NCBI RefSeq assembly: GCF_030144855.1
Contig: NC_082713.1
Location: 142,476,001-142,540,000 of the forward strand
Length of the DNA: 64,000 nucleotides
Reading direction: 5' to 3'
DNA from: Hypanus sabinus
Taxonomy: Eukaryota
Made by a program: the position numbers and the translations under genes. Position 1 is the stretch's first letter; each line of letters starts with the position of its first letter. The notes under the pieces are model-generated. The model made no database searches. It saw nothing but the letters and a program-made list of their open reading frames with translations, and was not told where the DNA came from. This document shows positions 37,950 to 52,600 of the stretch, one piece after another.

Positions 37950-40900
37950 GTTGAAAGTCAAAGTCGAATTTATTGTTACATGCACAAGTGCCATAAAAAT
38001 CTTAATTGCTGCGACATCATAGGTACAGCATCATATAAGCAACATTCACAAGAAAAAAATAAACATAAACTATACACATTTTTGACAAGAAAGCGCAGTA
38101 AGTACAAAAAAAAATCTTTCCATTTTAGTGCAGTGATCACGATGGACATAGTGTTGCTAAACTGCAGTGATCAGAGATGTGCCAGTTGGTTCAAGAACAG
38201 AATGGTTAAAGGAAAGTAGTTGTTCTTGACCCTGGTGGTGAGAAACTTCAGGCTTTTATACCGCCTGCCAATTGGAAGCTGCAAGAATATGCATGGCTCG
38301 GTTGGTAGGAATCTTTGATGATAGGCATTGCCTTCTTGGGGCAACTCATCCTGTAAGTATACCCGACGATGAGGAGGGATGTCCCTATGATGTACTGGGC
38401 AGAGGCCACTACTCTGGAGCTTCTTGAAATCCTGCACCTTTGAATTTCTGTATCAGACCTTGATGCAATCATTCAAACTAATTTCAACAAATATCTTAGA
38501 AGTTTAGTGGAATGTTCAATGACAAGCTGAACCTCTTTAACCTCCCAAGAAAGTAAAGATTCTGGTGTGTCTTCCTTGAGATTGCATCCATGTGCTAGGC
38601 CCAGACAGGTCATCTGTTAATGCCCAGGAATTTAAAGCTGCTGACTCTTTCCATTGTCAAACCTCCAAAGTACACCGGCAGATTTTCACCCTCCTTTCCT
38701 TTCGTGAAGTCAGATTTCTGTTGCAGCACCACCCAACCAGGTGACTTACCTCACTTCGATAAATTGATTCATCACTGGCTGTGATTTGTCCAACGATGGT
38801 ATCATCTGTGAATTTGTGTAAGACATTGTAGCTGTGCTTAGCCCACAATCATGTATGTATAAAGAGCAGAGCAGCAGGTTAAGCATTCAACCTTGAGTGA
38901 CACCCGTGTTGATGGACAGTGAGAAAACGGTGTTACCAATCCTCACTGACAGAGGTCTGCCAATGAGAAATGGTCCCAGAACACATCCCACTCAGTCAAG
39001 AAAGCTCAGCAAAGTCTCTTCTTTCTGAGGAGGCTGAGAAGAGCCGGACTTTGCATATCTATACTCATCCGATGCATCCTGACACTCTACAGAGAGCATC
39101 CTGAGAAGCTGCGTCACTGCTTGGTATGAAAACTGTACTGGAAGGCTCTACAACAGGTAGTCAAACCTCCCTAATGCATCATTGGAACCAGCCTCCCTGC
39201 CATCAAGGACAGTGCCAGAAAAGAGTCATGAAGGATCCCACACATCCCGCTCCCATCAGGGAGGACGCTACATAGCATCCACACCATGACCACCAGACTC
39301 AAAAACAAGAGAAAATCTGCAGATGCTGGAAATCCACGCAACAAACTGAAGGAACTCAGCAGGATAGGTACCATCTATGGAAAAGAGTACACTGGACATT
39401 TCAGGCCAAAACCCTTCAGAAGGACTGAAGAAAAAGAGATGAGGAGTCAGAGTTAGAAGCTGGGGTGAAAGGAGGAAAAACACAATGTGATAGGTGAAAC
39501 TGGGAGGGGGGAGTAAAGAGTTGGGAAGTTGATTGGTGAAAGAGATATAGGGCTGGAGAAGGGAGAATCTCATAGGAGATGGCAGAAGGCCATGTAGAAA
39601 TAAAAGGGGGAGGAGCACCAGAGGAAGGTGATGAGCAGATAAAGAGATAAGGTGAAAGAGAAATGGGAATGGGGAATAGAGAAGGTGTGGAGGACATTAT
39701 TGGAAGTTCAAGAAATTGATGTTCTCCAGGTTGGAGGCTACCCAGATGGAATATAAGTTGTTGCTCTTCCAACTTGACTCAAGAACAGTTTCTCTCCCGA
39801 AGCAGGAAGACTGATCAGCACCTCCACCAACTAACTCCTACACTATTTTATTATTTCCTGTCATCACTTTATAGACATATAATCAATCTATGTATATAAA
39901 CCACCTTATTCATTGTGTGTTTGTGTAGTATTATTATTGTGTTCTTTATCCTTTGTGTTTTTTTGTGCTGCATCGGATCGGAGTAGACATTATTATGTTT
40001 GTCTTTGCACTTGTTCACTGGAAATGACATTAAACAATCTTGAATATTAAACAATTTTGAATTATGGTTGATGTAAGCACAACCGGGCAGTAGTCATTGA
40101 AGCAGATCACTGCTCTCTTCTTGGAGATGCCTTTATGAAGCAGGTGGAAACCTCAGACAGCAGAAGTGATAAGCTGAATATACTCATGAATACTCCACCC
40201 AGTTTGTCCTTACAGATCTTGTAGCAATCAACCAAATAAGCTACCTGGATCAGATGCCATTGTGTGATTCATCCCCTCAAAGGATGTCTGGACATCAGCC
40301 TCAGATAAATAGATTGCAGGGTCATCTGGAGAAGTGGGGGATTGTCTTGGTGTGTCATAGTTTACCCTATCAAAGCATGCATCAAAGGCATTGAGCTCAT
40401 CTGGGAGCAATGAGACATTGCCATTTTTGTTAATTAACCTTGCCCTGTAGGAAGTAATATTATGCAAGCATTGCCACGGCTATCGAGCATTCATTTGTGA
40501 TTCCAGCTCAATTCAAGTAGCCTCATTGCACTTGCAATGTCTTTCCGCAGGCTTGACCTGGATTTCCTATATAACTCTGAATTGCCAGCTCTAAACACCA
40601 CAGATCGAGCCCTCAGCAGTTACAAATCTCTTAGTTCATCTAGGGCTCCTGACTAAGGAAGGCTGAAAATATTTTTGTGGGTTCACTTTAGTCCACATGT
40701 GTCCTTATAAAGTCGGTGACAAGAGCAGTGTTTTCATTTAGATCTACTGAGGAATTCTTCAATGTGGGGTAACCCACTGACTTGTTGCAATCCCAAATTT
40801 GGTTCTTTGTAGTCCTCTTCACTGGTGCTATGTTCTTCAATTTCTGTCTGTCCTCTGGTTGAATTTATCAAAGTGCAGGCAAGGGATGGAGTGGTAGGTG

Positions 40901-41220
40901 TTCTTTATGGTGGTATAATGACGGTCCAGTGTTTTGAGTTCTTGGAGATTGCAGGTGATGTGTTGATAGTAGTTAGGAGACACAAACTGGTCTGTTTAAA
41001 GTCTCTTGCCACAATGTGACAGGTGTAGGGGCACGCCACTTTGGTCTTGTTGATTAGAGCACTTTGTTCCTCAAGTAATAGTTTGATGTCTGCCTGAGGC
41101 AAGGTGTAGTCTGCAGTCAGAATAACAATGGTGAACTCTCATAGTAGGTAGAACGGTCAGCTCTTCACTGGCAGATGTTCAGGGGAGCAGGGACAAGACC
41201 ACCACATCTGTGCATCATGA
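37950..41220 (-). mobile_element. Decayed Rex1/Babar LINE, interrupted by a plus-strand Rex fragment (about 38980-40050) that itself holds a PLE piece (39308-39775)
   Basis: KFTDDTIVGQI..DESIYRSEV; LLPDELNAF; 12-bp duplication gactcaaaaaca/gactcaagaaca around the PLE piece. Confidence 0.75.
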
Positions 41221-41259
41221 TGAGTTTGCCATAAAGCAGCCAACAGCAGTACTGTTCAC

Positions 41260-42780
41260 CAAGGTACAGCAGGAATGTGATAGCACTGGAGAGAGTGCAG
41301 AGATTCACCAGATGCGTTGGAGCAGTTCAGCTATGAGGAGAGACTGGTGAAGCTAGGTCTGTAATCCCTCATGCAGAAGACAAAGAGGGCACATGACTGA
41401 GGTATATACAATTACAAGGGGCATAAATAGAGTAAGCTGCAAAGAGCTTTTTCCCACATCAGAGGTGGATAAAATTAGATGATATGGACTTTGGTAAGGG
41501 GACGTTCTTCACCTAGAGAATGTTAAGTACCTGAGAGAGCAGTAGAAGCTGAGTCACTAACAGTATTTAACAAATTCTTGGGAAGCACTTCAATTGTTTT
41601 AGGAATAGAGGACTGCTGGATGATGGAATTAATTCAGAAGGGTGCCGAGTCACCAGTGTATGTTGGGCTGAATGGCCTATTTCTGTGCTTGACATTTCTC
41701 TTGTCATAGTATGACTTCTCTGAAGCCACTATTTGGCAGCATATCAATGCAAAAGGAAATTACACTAATTTCTCTCCTCTTCATGTTAATTATCTCAAAG
41801 CAATGTATCTGATTACTAGATCTCCTGTGAGCAATAATGGTTTCCCCACTCTACTCCACCAAAACCTTTCATGCCTGAAATCACCCGTGCAGCTTCCTTA
41901 CTCAAAGGAGACCAATTCTAGGCTTTCAAGTCTTTCCACTTAAGCAAAATTCCCTATCATCATTACCTTTCCAGTAAACGTTTCTGCATTCTCTGTAGAC
42001 CTTAATGTCCTTTCTATAATGTGCTAATCAGGTTGGACAGATTTCTGTACCTGAGTCTTACAACATAATTGAAGCTTTAGCATACCTTCCATGCTTTTGT
42101 ACTATAAGCCTCCATTTATGACACTGATTCTTGAACTTCAAAAGCCTTTATCAATCTCTTGCTCACTATGTAAATGAATCCATAGGCCAGATTGACTGGA
42201 AGTAAAAGAATGGATCTTGCAGTGTTGATTAGACCTGGAGTAATGTGTACAGTTCTGGTTGCTGCACTTCAGTGCAATTGCACTGGAGAGGATGCAGAGC
42301 AGAAATATCAGGATATTGTCTGGATTGGAGTGTTTCAGTTAAAACAAAAGACTGAATAGCTGAGTTTATTTCCCCTGGAACAGGGAAGCTAAAGGGTGAC
42401 ATGACAGTGACATGTAAAATTATGAGAAGGATAGTTAAGCAGATAGAAAAATTGTCTTTTTTCTATGGATGTACATATCTCCCTGGGGCATAGGATTTAA
42501 GGTGAGAATTCGAAGGTTTAGAGAGGATCACAGATGGGGGGGGGGGGGGGGTTATTTTTCCACACAGAGGGTGAATGGAATCTGGAATGTGTAGTTATAA
42601 GATGTGGTAAAGTCAGAGACTCTTGTGGTGCATAAGACTCTTAAGAAGCATCAAGACTAATATTTGAATTGTCAAGGCATAGAAGACTGTGGACTTAATA
42701 TAGAGTATTGATGCAGATAGTACCTGATGGGCTAAAGGGCCTGTTTCTGTGTTGTACAACTCTGTGACTCTATGATTCTG
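41260..42780. mobile_element. Cluster of decayed CR1 3' fragments in both orientations
   Basis: Remnant CR1 ORF2 C-terminal and 3'-UTR motifs (gggcctgtttctgtgttgtacaactctgtgactctatg). Confidence 0.65.
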
Positions 42781-43439
42781 TGATAGGTATGAAGGCTGCT
42801 TTGAGAGTAACCAAAGTGCACTTTGTTAATGGCGCATCGTGCAGCCATTATGCGCTGCTGCTGGAGGGATCAAATGGCCAGAGTGGTAAACTTGGTGCTG
42901 AAGAACCTGCTACTTAGCTCAAGATGGTATCAAGTTTGCTGAGTGCTGTTTGATCCAAGCGTGTATTCCATGGCACTCCTAATCTGTGCCTTGCATTGAT
43001 GGAAAGGTTTTGTGGTGATAGGAGCTGTGTCACTTATGGCAGGATACAAAGCCTCTGAACTGCTCCTGAAGCCACAGTTGTCATCAATCATCACTGACTG
43101 CCAGGACATTGATGGTGGGCACAGATCAATGGTATATCAAAGGAATATGAAGGGTGTGTGGTTCGAGTTCTTCTTGTTGGAGGTGGTCATTGTTGTCATA
43201 TGGCTGGGATGGTTTATCTCAAACAAACACAAGTACATTCCTTCATGCAACATGAAACTACAACCATTGAAGTGTTTTCCTTTTGATCCCCATTGACTTC
43301 AGTTTTTAGCAGGGCTCCTCAATGACAAACTCAAATGCTACCTTTATGTCACTCTCATCTCACCTATGGAATTCACCTTTTTGGTCAATATTTTTGACAA
43401 AATATATTGGAATCTGTGTATGGTTACCCAGCAAATAAT

Positions 43440-44935
43440 TTTTCCTTCGGTCCTTACCCTCAATAATTTTTCCTTCAGCTCCTGCTACTTTCTCCAGACT
43501 CAAGGGGTAGCCAGGGACAGTCTCAAGGACTCCAACTATGACTCTTTTCATTGGCTACATGGCACTGTCAATGTTCCAAGCCTCCCCGGTAACTCTTCCT
43601 CCTCTACATTGACGACTGCATTGGTGCTGCTTCATGTTCCCAAGCTAAGCTTGTCAACTTCATCAACTTTGTCTCCAAATTCCACCCTGCCCTTAAATTC
43701 ACTTGGTCTGTTTCTGACACCTCCCTCCCATTTCCCAATCTCTCTGGAGACAAAATGTTGACTGGTATCTTTTATAACCCTTATGATTCTGATGGTTGTC
43801 TTAAGTATACCTCTTCCCATCCTGTCTCCTGTAAAAATGTTTTTTCCTTTTTCTCAGTTCCTTCGACTCCGTCGTATCTATTCCCAGGGTGTAGCTTTCC
43901 TTTCCAGGACATCAGGAGGGTTTCCCTTCTTTCACTGGTGATGCTGCCCTCACCTGTATCTCTTCCATTTCCTCAGCATCCACACTCAGCCCATCTCCCC
44001 GCTACATTAACCATAAGACTTCCTCTCGTCCTTATCTACCAGCCCATGAGTGTCCACATTCAATACATCATTCTCCATAACTTTCGCCATCTCCAAAGGG
44101 ATTCTACCACCAAACACATCTTTACCTCCCCTCTCTTTCCACTTCCCACAGGGATTTTTCCCTCCATGATTCCGTTGTCCATTCATCCCTCTCCACTAAT
44201 CTCCCTCCCGCCACTTAACCCTGCAAGCGGCCAAAGTTCTACACCTGTCCATTCACCTCCTCCCTCACCCCCATTCAGGACCCCAAACAGTCCTTCCAGA
44301 TGAGGCAAAACTTCATCTGCCAGGGTCCTCTATTGGGCCTGATTTGGTCTCCTCTGCAAATGTGAGACCTGTTGTAAATTGGGGGATCACTTTGTAGAGC
44401 ACCTAGGCTCCATCCGCCAAAAGTGGAATTTCCTGGGGACCAATCATTTTAATTCTGACCCCCATTCACGATAATGAGGCCACCCTCAGGGTGGAGGAGC
44501 AACACCTTATATTCCGTCTGGGTAACCTCCAGCCTGGTGGCATGAACATTGATTTCTCCTTATGGTAAAAAAAAATGTTTACCTCCTCTTCCCCTCTTCT
44601 TCTGTTCCCCACTATGGCCTCCTACCTCTTCTCACCTGCCTATCACCTCCCCTGAGTCCACTCCTCCTTCCCTTTCTCCTGTGGTTTACTCTCCGCTCCT
44701 ATCAGATTCCTCTCTCCAATCGTTTAATTTTTCCATCCACCTGGCTTCGACCATCACCTTCCAGCTATCCTCTTTCCCCTCACACCACCTTTTTATTTTG
44801 GCATCTTCCCTGTTCTTCTCTAGTGCTGAAGAAGGGACTCAGCCTGAAACCTTGACTACTTTAATCATTTCTATAGATGCTGCCTGTCCTGCTGAGTTCC
44901 TCCAGCAATTTGTGTGTGTTGCTTTAGATTCTAAA
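43440..44935 (+). mobile_element. Penelope-like element: decayed RT C-terminus, GIY-YIG, 3' UTR and hammerhead-type terminus (44822-44858)
   Basis: FLQTQGVA (PLE RT QxxGVAMG), YTSSHP, LPLVLIYQP, ccattcaggaccccaaacagtccttccag; terminal ctgaagaagggactcagcctgaaacc. Confidence 0.85.
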
Positions 44936-45315
44936 GATCCATTGGTTAGGAATACTATCCACATATGTTGATGAATACAGCCCCAGTTTCACTCACAATA
45001 CAGCCCCAATTACCTATCCACCATTCCAAACGTTCATCTCTTAGACTGCCAATGTACTATGGTTGCACTGTGTACTATCTATAAAAGGTAATTTTGTTAC
45101 TCACCTCTTCTACTGTTACAGCATTTCCCTAACCCACAACTTCTACATATTACCAAGGAATACGAGGGTAGCAGATGCATGAGAACACTACCAATATCAG
45201 GAACTCTTTCAATTCACACAGCATCTGATAGGAGATCTATGTATCATCAACTTTTCATTGTTGTTAGCTCCGAATATTGGAGCTCACTATCCTGTGGGAC
45301 CACTTTCTCCTACAG

Positions 45316-45464
45316 GACTACACAGTTTCCAGAAGGAAGAGCATCAACATTTTCCCAAGAGCAGTTATGGCTAGTAAGTGTTTGGCTTGCCATCCTGTAA
45401 AAAAGCGTAAACTTAAAATAAGACACAAATTCAAAATCTCAGCCAGTTTCTTCGCTGCTACAAG
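45316..45464 (+). other. LRTM2: Candidate LRTM2 5'-UTR exon (5' boundary uncertain)
   Basis: Consensus donor CAAG|GTAAGT at 45464/45465, 334 nt upstream of the first coding exon; candidate acceptor ctttctcctacag at 45315; several retained CpGs at 45400-45750. Confidence 0.4.
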
Positions 45465-45860
45465 GTAAGTGTGAACAGACTGTATATAGGATGGATTTTC
45501 CACACAGTGTGAGCCCCATTGCAGCACTCCTGTGATCAATCATTTCATGTATAGCGCTCGCTGCCTGATGGTTCAGCATATCATAAATAGCATGCATTCA
45601 GAGATAGCGCAGATTTTCATTGTTACTTTGACCCTACACCAGAGTCTTAAGTACTGGGTAAAGGCTATAAAAATCTGACTGATTTCATTACATGACTGCT
45701 TATACGTAACAAAGATAATTTACACCTGGTTTGGAAGACCCAAGCGATTTTATCACTGAGCTGTGACCTTGGACATTACTGCAATTCCTATTCTGCAGAA
45801 CACCAGACCCAAGAAAAGAACCAACAGTTCTAAGAGTGAAACCAGCATATCATACAAATT

Positions 45861-45924
45861 ATGTTAAGGATGGAGGCTGTGAGAAGTACAATTGTTATGG
45901 AGGGAAGGAAGGTCTCCTGGACAA
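45861..45924 (+). CDS. LRTM2: LRTM2 first coding exon (exon 45799-45924)
   Basis: Acceptor ttcctattctgcag at 45798; ATG 45861; MLRMEAVRSTIVMEGRKVSWT plus 1 nt; donor CAA|GTGAGT. Phase 1 matches the next exon, and RKVSWT resembles recalled human RQVSWIT. Confidence 0.7.
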
Positions 45925-46054
45925 GTGAGTATTAATTATCCTTAAAATTTACCCTGTTGCATGTATTTCTCAATGTTGGCTGCAATTATCATGAATAATG
46001 ATGAGAGAGGATGAGAGAATGAAAGAAGACTCCATATGAACATAGAGGATCTAT

Positions 46055-47610
46055 TGGACCACAAGACAAAGGTGCAGAATTAGACCATTCAGTCCATTAA
46101 GTCTGCTCTGCCTTTCCATCATGGCTGATCCTAGATCCCATTCAACCCCATACACCTGCCTTCTCACCATATCCTTTGATGCTCTGATCAATCACCAAAC
46201 TATTAGCTTCCGCCTTAAATATACCCATGAAGTTGGCCTCCACCACAGTCTGTGGCAGAGCATTCCACAGATTCACTATTCTCTGACTAAAAATGAATCC
46301 TCATTACCTCTGTTCTAAAAGGTTGCCCCTCAGTTTTGAGTTTGTGCCCTCTAGTTCTGGATACCTCCACCATAGGAAATATCCTCTCTACATCCACTCT
46401 ATCTAATCATTTCAGTATTCGGTAGGTTTCAATGAGATCCCCCAGCATTCTTCTAAGTTCCAGTGAGTACAGACCTAGAGCTGCCAAATGCTCCTCACTT
46501 GTTAACTTCTTTATTCCCAGAATCACCCTCGTGAACCTCCTCTGGACTCTCTCCAAAGACAAAATGTCCTTTCTGAGAAATGGGGCCCAAAACTGTTGAC
46601 AGTACTCCAAGTGCAGACTGACTAGTGTCTAATGAAGCCTCAGCATTATCTCATTGCTTTTATATTCTATTCCTCTTGAAATAAATGCCAACATTACATT
46701 TGCCTTCTTTACCACAGACTTAACCTGTAAATTAACCTTCTGGGTGTCTTGCAAGAGGACTCCCAAGTTCTTCTACATCTCTGATGTTTGAACTTTCTCC
46801 CCACTTAGATAATAGTCCGTACTATTGTTCCTTTCACCAAAATGCATTATCGTACATTTCCCAACACTGTATTCCATCTGCCATATTTTTGACCATTTGT
46901 CTAAGTCCTGCTGCAATCGCATTGCTTCCTGAGCATTACCTACCCCTCCAGCTATCTTAGTATCATCCTAAAACTTTGCCACAGAGCCATCAATTCTATC
47001 TACCAAATCTTTGACAAACAATGTGAAAAGTAGCAGTTCCGATACTGACCCCTGAAGAACACCACTAGTTACTGGTATCCAACCAGAAAAAGGCCCCCTT
47101 TATTTTCACTTGCTGCCTCCTGCCTGTCAGACATTCTTCTATCTAAGCCAGTATCTTTCCTGTAACACTATAGGATTTTATTTTGTTAAGCAGCCCCGTG
47201 TAGTACCTTATCAAATGCCTTCTGAAAATCCAAGTAAATGACATCTACTGCTTCTCTTTTGTCTACCTTCTTTGTTTCTTCCTCGAAGAACTCTAACTGA
47301 TTTGTCAGGCAAGATTTCCTGTTACTGAAATCAGGCTGACTTCGACTTATTTTATCATTAGTTTCCAAGTACCCTGAAACTTCATCCTTAATAATGGACA
47401 ATTTCTTAACCACTGAATTTAGTGGTCTATAACTTTCCTATAACTTAACAATTTCTTAACCACTGAATTTAGTGGCCTATAATTTTCTTTCTTTTGCCTT
47501 CCTCCCTTCTTAAAGAGTGGAGTGACATTTGCAATCTACCAGTCTTCCAGGACCATCCTAGCATCAAGTGATTCTTGAAAGATCATGACCAATGCATTAG
47601 TCATCTTCCT
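46055..47610 (-). mobile_element. CR1 LINE fragment in LRTM2 intron
   Basis: KSCLTNQLEFFEE, DVIYLDFQKAFDKV, EYCQQFWAPFLRKD. Confidence 0.9.
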
Positions 47611-48352
47611 GCTATGCCTGTATAACAGTAGCTTGATATTGGCCTTATCTATAGCATTTTTTTGCTTATTTCCTGCAGATATCATTTCCCTCCTCAAACT
47701 CTCTGTTGAAGGTATGAGTAACTAAACCTTAAGAGCATATTATCTAAAACATTACATATTAAAATTTTATGAAAACATCCTTTCAACTCCCTATGTACAC
47801 TTTTAGCATTAATTCTAAATTTTACTGGCTGTCCATGGATCAGTAGAAACATATTATTAACTCATAATTTTCATTATAGGTGACATCTTTTCTACATTTC
47901 TTTTCATTTTCTTTGCTCCAACGTACTCCTAAATTTTAAAGTCTAATAAAAATGATAAAAGGCAATCAAGTGGACATGGTACTGTGAAATATGTGAGACA
48001 TGGAGGGTAAAAGGTTATAAAAATGTAGGACTAGTAACATTGTTCTAATATTCTCCATAGCCATAGTCCTCTGTTATGAATATTTATTGACAAAATTCAC
48101 TGCATCATTTTTCATGACAAAACATTTAATACTTCAAGTATCATCTGTGAAGATTTTATACTTCTCCATTCATTCTCTTAGAGGTGACAGATTCTTCACT
48201 GCTGACTTCCAACCCCAGGAAATAGACTTCTTCCTTTTATGTGAAAACTTTATAATTTTAAAACCTTTTAGCATGAGAAGAAATTTCTCTGAAAGAATCG
48301 AGAGAATTAAATGAGAGATATGGAAAATAAATGTTGAAGTACAAGGAAGGGA

Positions 48353-48472
48353 TAGAGAGAGAGTGAGTGTGAGAATGAGTGAGTGTGAGAACATGAGAGT
48401 GTGAGAGCGTGAGAGCGTGAGAGTGAGAGAATGAGAGCGTGAGTGAGAGTGAGAGCATGAGAGAGTGAGTGG
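48353..48472. repeat. Compound (GA/GT)-rich microsatellite
   Basis: gagagagagtgagtgtgagaatgagtgagtgtgaga... repeats. Confidence 0.9.
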
Positions 48473-49454
48473 GATAGATAATCACACGTGGCCATGGACC
48501 AACATCAACTATATTTATACAGTTCATTAGCTGGTCAACGTTGAGGTGGAGAGAGAAGCATCTAATAGGAGGGCAAATTATTTCCAGTTGGCACATTAAA
48601 CAATCAAGATCATTGAAGGATGCTAAGCACTAGAATGTCAGAGAACACAGTCTTTTCAATACTAAATTACAAATGCACAATTGAAAGCAAACCAGACATT
48701 GAATTTTCTTTAAATAAAATGATGATCATTTCCCAAAGGAACTAATTCTCTACTCTTTTGACAGCAAAGTAGGTGTCAGCTATTTTCCTCAAGATGCATG
48801 ACTCTTTCATTTCACTCAATGACTCACACAATATTCGAGTGGAAATAAAATACTTGAATAGCGTCTACAGAAATCACAAAGCCTTTGGTATTTTGGAAAT
48901 CTCTGCATCATTTCAAATTTTAATTTTTTAGGATAGCAAAGAATGATCTATTTTGCCAATTCATCTAAATATAAATACCGAAAGAATCAGACCCATTCAA
49001 GTAGTTATCTCTCAATTCTTCAGCCTGTTTTTGCACCCTTATACAAAAGACGACAAATTGTATTGTAGATGGAAGCACTAGGTACTAAGGCCTGCTTTAA
49101 TACTAAAGATTTCTATTATAAATACAGTACTCTTTGATGAAAATCTTCTCCCAATATCTATCTCTTTGTGAATTTCAATCATGACTTCTCCATTACTGAC
49201 CCCAATTTCCCTCTCTTTGTATCATAAAACCTTCATAATTTTAAAATCTCTTTTAAATCTCCTCTAGTCTTTTTTACTACAGTTGATACGACTTCAGTTC
49301 TCTCTTCAGGTAAAAGTGGGTAAGTTCCTTTTAACGCCCCCTTTTCTACATTCCTCAGCAGTTCTACAACTGTAATTTAAGCACCAGTAATTGGATAATA
49401 ATAAGTATTTAGAAATATATTGTATTAAAACAGAATATAACTAAATAAAGAGAA

Positions 49455-49640
49455 ATGCAGGGCCAGACAATGTGTTGTAACTGCATGATGTTGGAGTAGG
49501 TGGACTCCACTGTATTTCCTAGTGACCACATCGGTAGAAGTGTTGGTTGCTTGAAGATTTCCAGCTGAAAGTCAGTATGAGCTGGAATCTGAGCTTCAAA
49601 CACTAAACTAAGTGAACCATATGTCAGACTATCAGGATTT
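49455..49640 (+). mobile_element. Decayed CR1 ORF1 N-terminus (zinc-finger region)
   Basis: MQGQTMCCNCMMLE..DSTVFPSDHI resembles the CxxCxMWE...P.DH.C motif of chondrichthyan CR1 ORF1. Confidence 0.5.
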
Positions 49641-49685
49641 TCAAACAATGCAGTCAATGGTTTACTGGAGTTTTACTGTACAGAT

Positions 49686-52600
49686 TGTCAGGAAATGTAG
49701 AAGAAGCTTGACCCAAAACCAAAGCAGTGGAGATGATTTAGCAGTGAAAGATAACTTTAATAATCAACTGCAAAAGAACAAGCCATAGGGGGCTACAAAG
49801 TAAGAGAGAACAGAAACTAAACATACAGGAAACAAAGTAACTGAAGCCTAGGAACATTGGTTAAAACTGGCTGGTTCATATGAGTGAACAACTATTGTGA
49901 ACGAGAGCTGGGTTTAAATAGGCTGCAGGAGATGAGTTGGGAATGAGTGGCAGATGACTCATGTTTTCATGACAAGATCCCCTCCTCCCCCACCATGGTT
50001 GGCCCCTGGTGCCCTTGGATGACCTGTATGGGTCCGGTGGAACTCCTCAATAAGTGATGGATCCAAGATGTAACCAGACAGCATTCTCTAAGTTGTACTC
50101 TTCGAGCAGGTACTACACACCCCATCCACATCAATGTGAGTCCATCAACTGGCAAACTGTGTACACTGGACCACCTTCCAGTATTCTAAATTCTGGAGGT
50201 GTAGAGTCATGTGGGTTCAGAGACAACGGGCCTGAGGCAGGACACATGGAAGGTAGGTATGATCCTGAGGAACAGCAACAGCTGGAGATGGTAAGTGGCT
50301 AGACTGATGCGATGGGTAATCTTGAGTGGACCAATCACGTGGTGTGAAAGCTTGCAGGAGTCAGTGTGCAAGTGGTAGAAGTGAGGTGAGCTTGGCCCAG
50401 AGCAGATACTTCTTTCATGTAGAAGAATTAGAGGTGGTGAAGCATTGGAGAAGAATTCGAGGTGGCATGATTGACTCTTTCTTCCTGTCCATTGGTCTGC
50501 GAATGATAGCCTGAGGACAATCTCACTGAGGTGTGCTGGAGGGAGCAGAAGGCCCTCTAGAACTGGGAGATGAATTCTAGGCCCCGGTCTGACACAATGT
50601 CCTGGAGGAAGCTGTGGAAGCAAGCTACGTTTTGGAGAACCAGGTCTGCTGTCTCAGTGGCTGATGGAAACAATGAAGTAGGCCACCTTGGAGAACTGGT
50701 CCACCATTGGCCCTATTGAAAGATGACAAACCAATGATGAAATCCATGACGATGTGGGGCCATGGACTTTGAGGGATCATCAGAGGGTTGCTGATTGGAG
50801 GAATTGGACTGGGCACATTGAGGGCAGGCAGTGATGAACTGAAATACATCTGTGATCATGGTAGGCCTCCAGAACTGACAAGACAGAGTCAGTCATGTGC
50901 CTGGATGGCCAGAGAGGGGTGAGGAGTGGGCTCAGTGGAGTGCCTCAGAGTGCACAGCCACCAGCACATACATGCAGTTGTCAGATATGTCCACTGGAGT
51001 AAGATTGAACTGAGTGCCTGGAAGATCTGGTTCTCAAGGTCCCAGACAATTGGGACAAGGATCTGGGAGGATGAAATAATAGGCTGAAGGCCTCCGGTTC
51101 AGCTGGGTTGAACTGCCACACAGGGGATCCGCTTTAGTGTACTTGGAGCTGGGTTGGTAGGAGATGGTGAAGTGGAATTGCTTGAAGAACAGGGCCCAGT
51201 GAGCTGACATGCGTTGAATTGATGGGTCTTTTGAATGGATATGAGGCTTTTGGTGGTCAGAAAGGGCTCAGTGTTTCCCACCAGCTAATGTCTCTATTCC
51301 TCCAAGGTGCATTTGATGGTGAGTAGCTCCCTGTCTCCTACTCCATAACGACATGGTGTAGAGTTGAAGTTGTGTAAGAAGATGGCATAAGGGCATGTCC
51401 TACAATCTGGTCTGCACTGGGAGAGGATGGCCCAGGTGCCCATGTCAGATGCTTCCAGCTCTACCACAAAAGACCAGGAGGGGTTTGGATGGCAGAGAAT
51501 GGGAGTGGTGGTGAAGCGTCTCGGAAGTGAGATCCAAGACAGCAGACCAGGTTATCCATTAGTGACTTGGTGAGGGAGGTGAGAGGAGCGATGATTTGAT
51601 TGTAGATTCTAATAAGCTGGTGGTAGAAGTTGGAGAAGCCCAAGAAGCGCTGTGGCCACTTGAGGGAGAATGGTCACAGCCAAACAACAGGTGTACTTTC
51701 TAGGCTTACATCTTGGAGTGAAAGGTCATAGCCTAGGAAGGAAATGAATAGGGTGTGGAACTAACATTTTCCTACTTTGCAGTACAGTTGGTTTTCAAGG
51801 AGATGCTGAAGGACTGATAGGACATCAGAGCCATGTTATTGGGCTCATTGGAGATGAGGATGTTGTCTGGGAGGATCTCATTGATGAAGGCTTGGAAAAC
51901 AGCTGGGCTGCTGGAAAGTCCAAAAGGCTCCACCAAGTATTTGTTGTATTCAGTGGATGTTAAGAAGGCTAACTTCCACCCATCCAGCTGGCAGTTTGTA
52001 AGTGGTCTGTAGATCCAGTTTGAAGACCTAGGCGCTGTGGAGTGTTTCGAAGGCACTAACCAGCAAGGGGAGTGGAGAGTGGTTCTTAATGGTGATTTTG
52101 TTGAGTCCACAGTAGACATTGCAAGGATGAACACCCACATTTCTTCTTGACAAAGAAAAATCCTGCACTGGCTGGGGACTGGGATGTTTGAATGAAGCCA
52201 CGCTTTAGTGCTTTGGTGGTGGCTTGGGTCTCAGGAGGAGAAAGAGAACAGACAACCTCAGGGAGGGGTGATGCCTGGAAGGAAGTCGATCACACAGTTG
52301 TGTGGTTTATGAGGTGCTAGGGTGCTGGTCTCCCTTTTACTGAAAGCAATGGCTAAGTCATGATATTCCTCTGGAGTTTGGTGGCGTTAAAGGTTTCCTC
52401 CATCTCCATGGATTTATGGGGTGAGGTCAACTGAGGTTGCAGGCAAGTGGGTTCCCAGCTCAACAGTGAACCAGATAACCAGGCGAAGTAAGGGCCATGA
52501 TTGGACATCCAGTGGTAACCCAAGGTGAGTGAGTGTTGGGAAAAACATGAGGAAATCTGCAGATGCTGAAAATTCAAGCAACACATACATTTTGTGAATG

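Noticed and set aside
45104-45130. Minus-strand GNAVTVEE plus GTGAGT resembling a CACNA2D4 exon end
   Set aside because: In-frame stop immediately upstream, no polypyrimidine acceptor, and the wrong position relative to LRTM2.
47398-47482. 35-bp tandem duplication with a small hairpin
   Set aside because: Local slippage inside a CR1 fragment; no sign of function.
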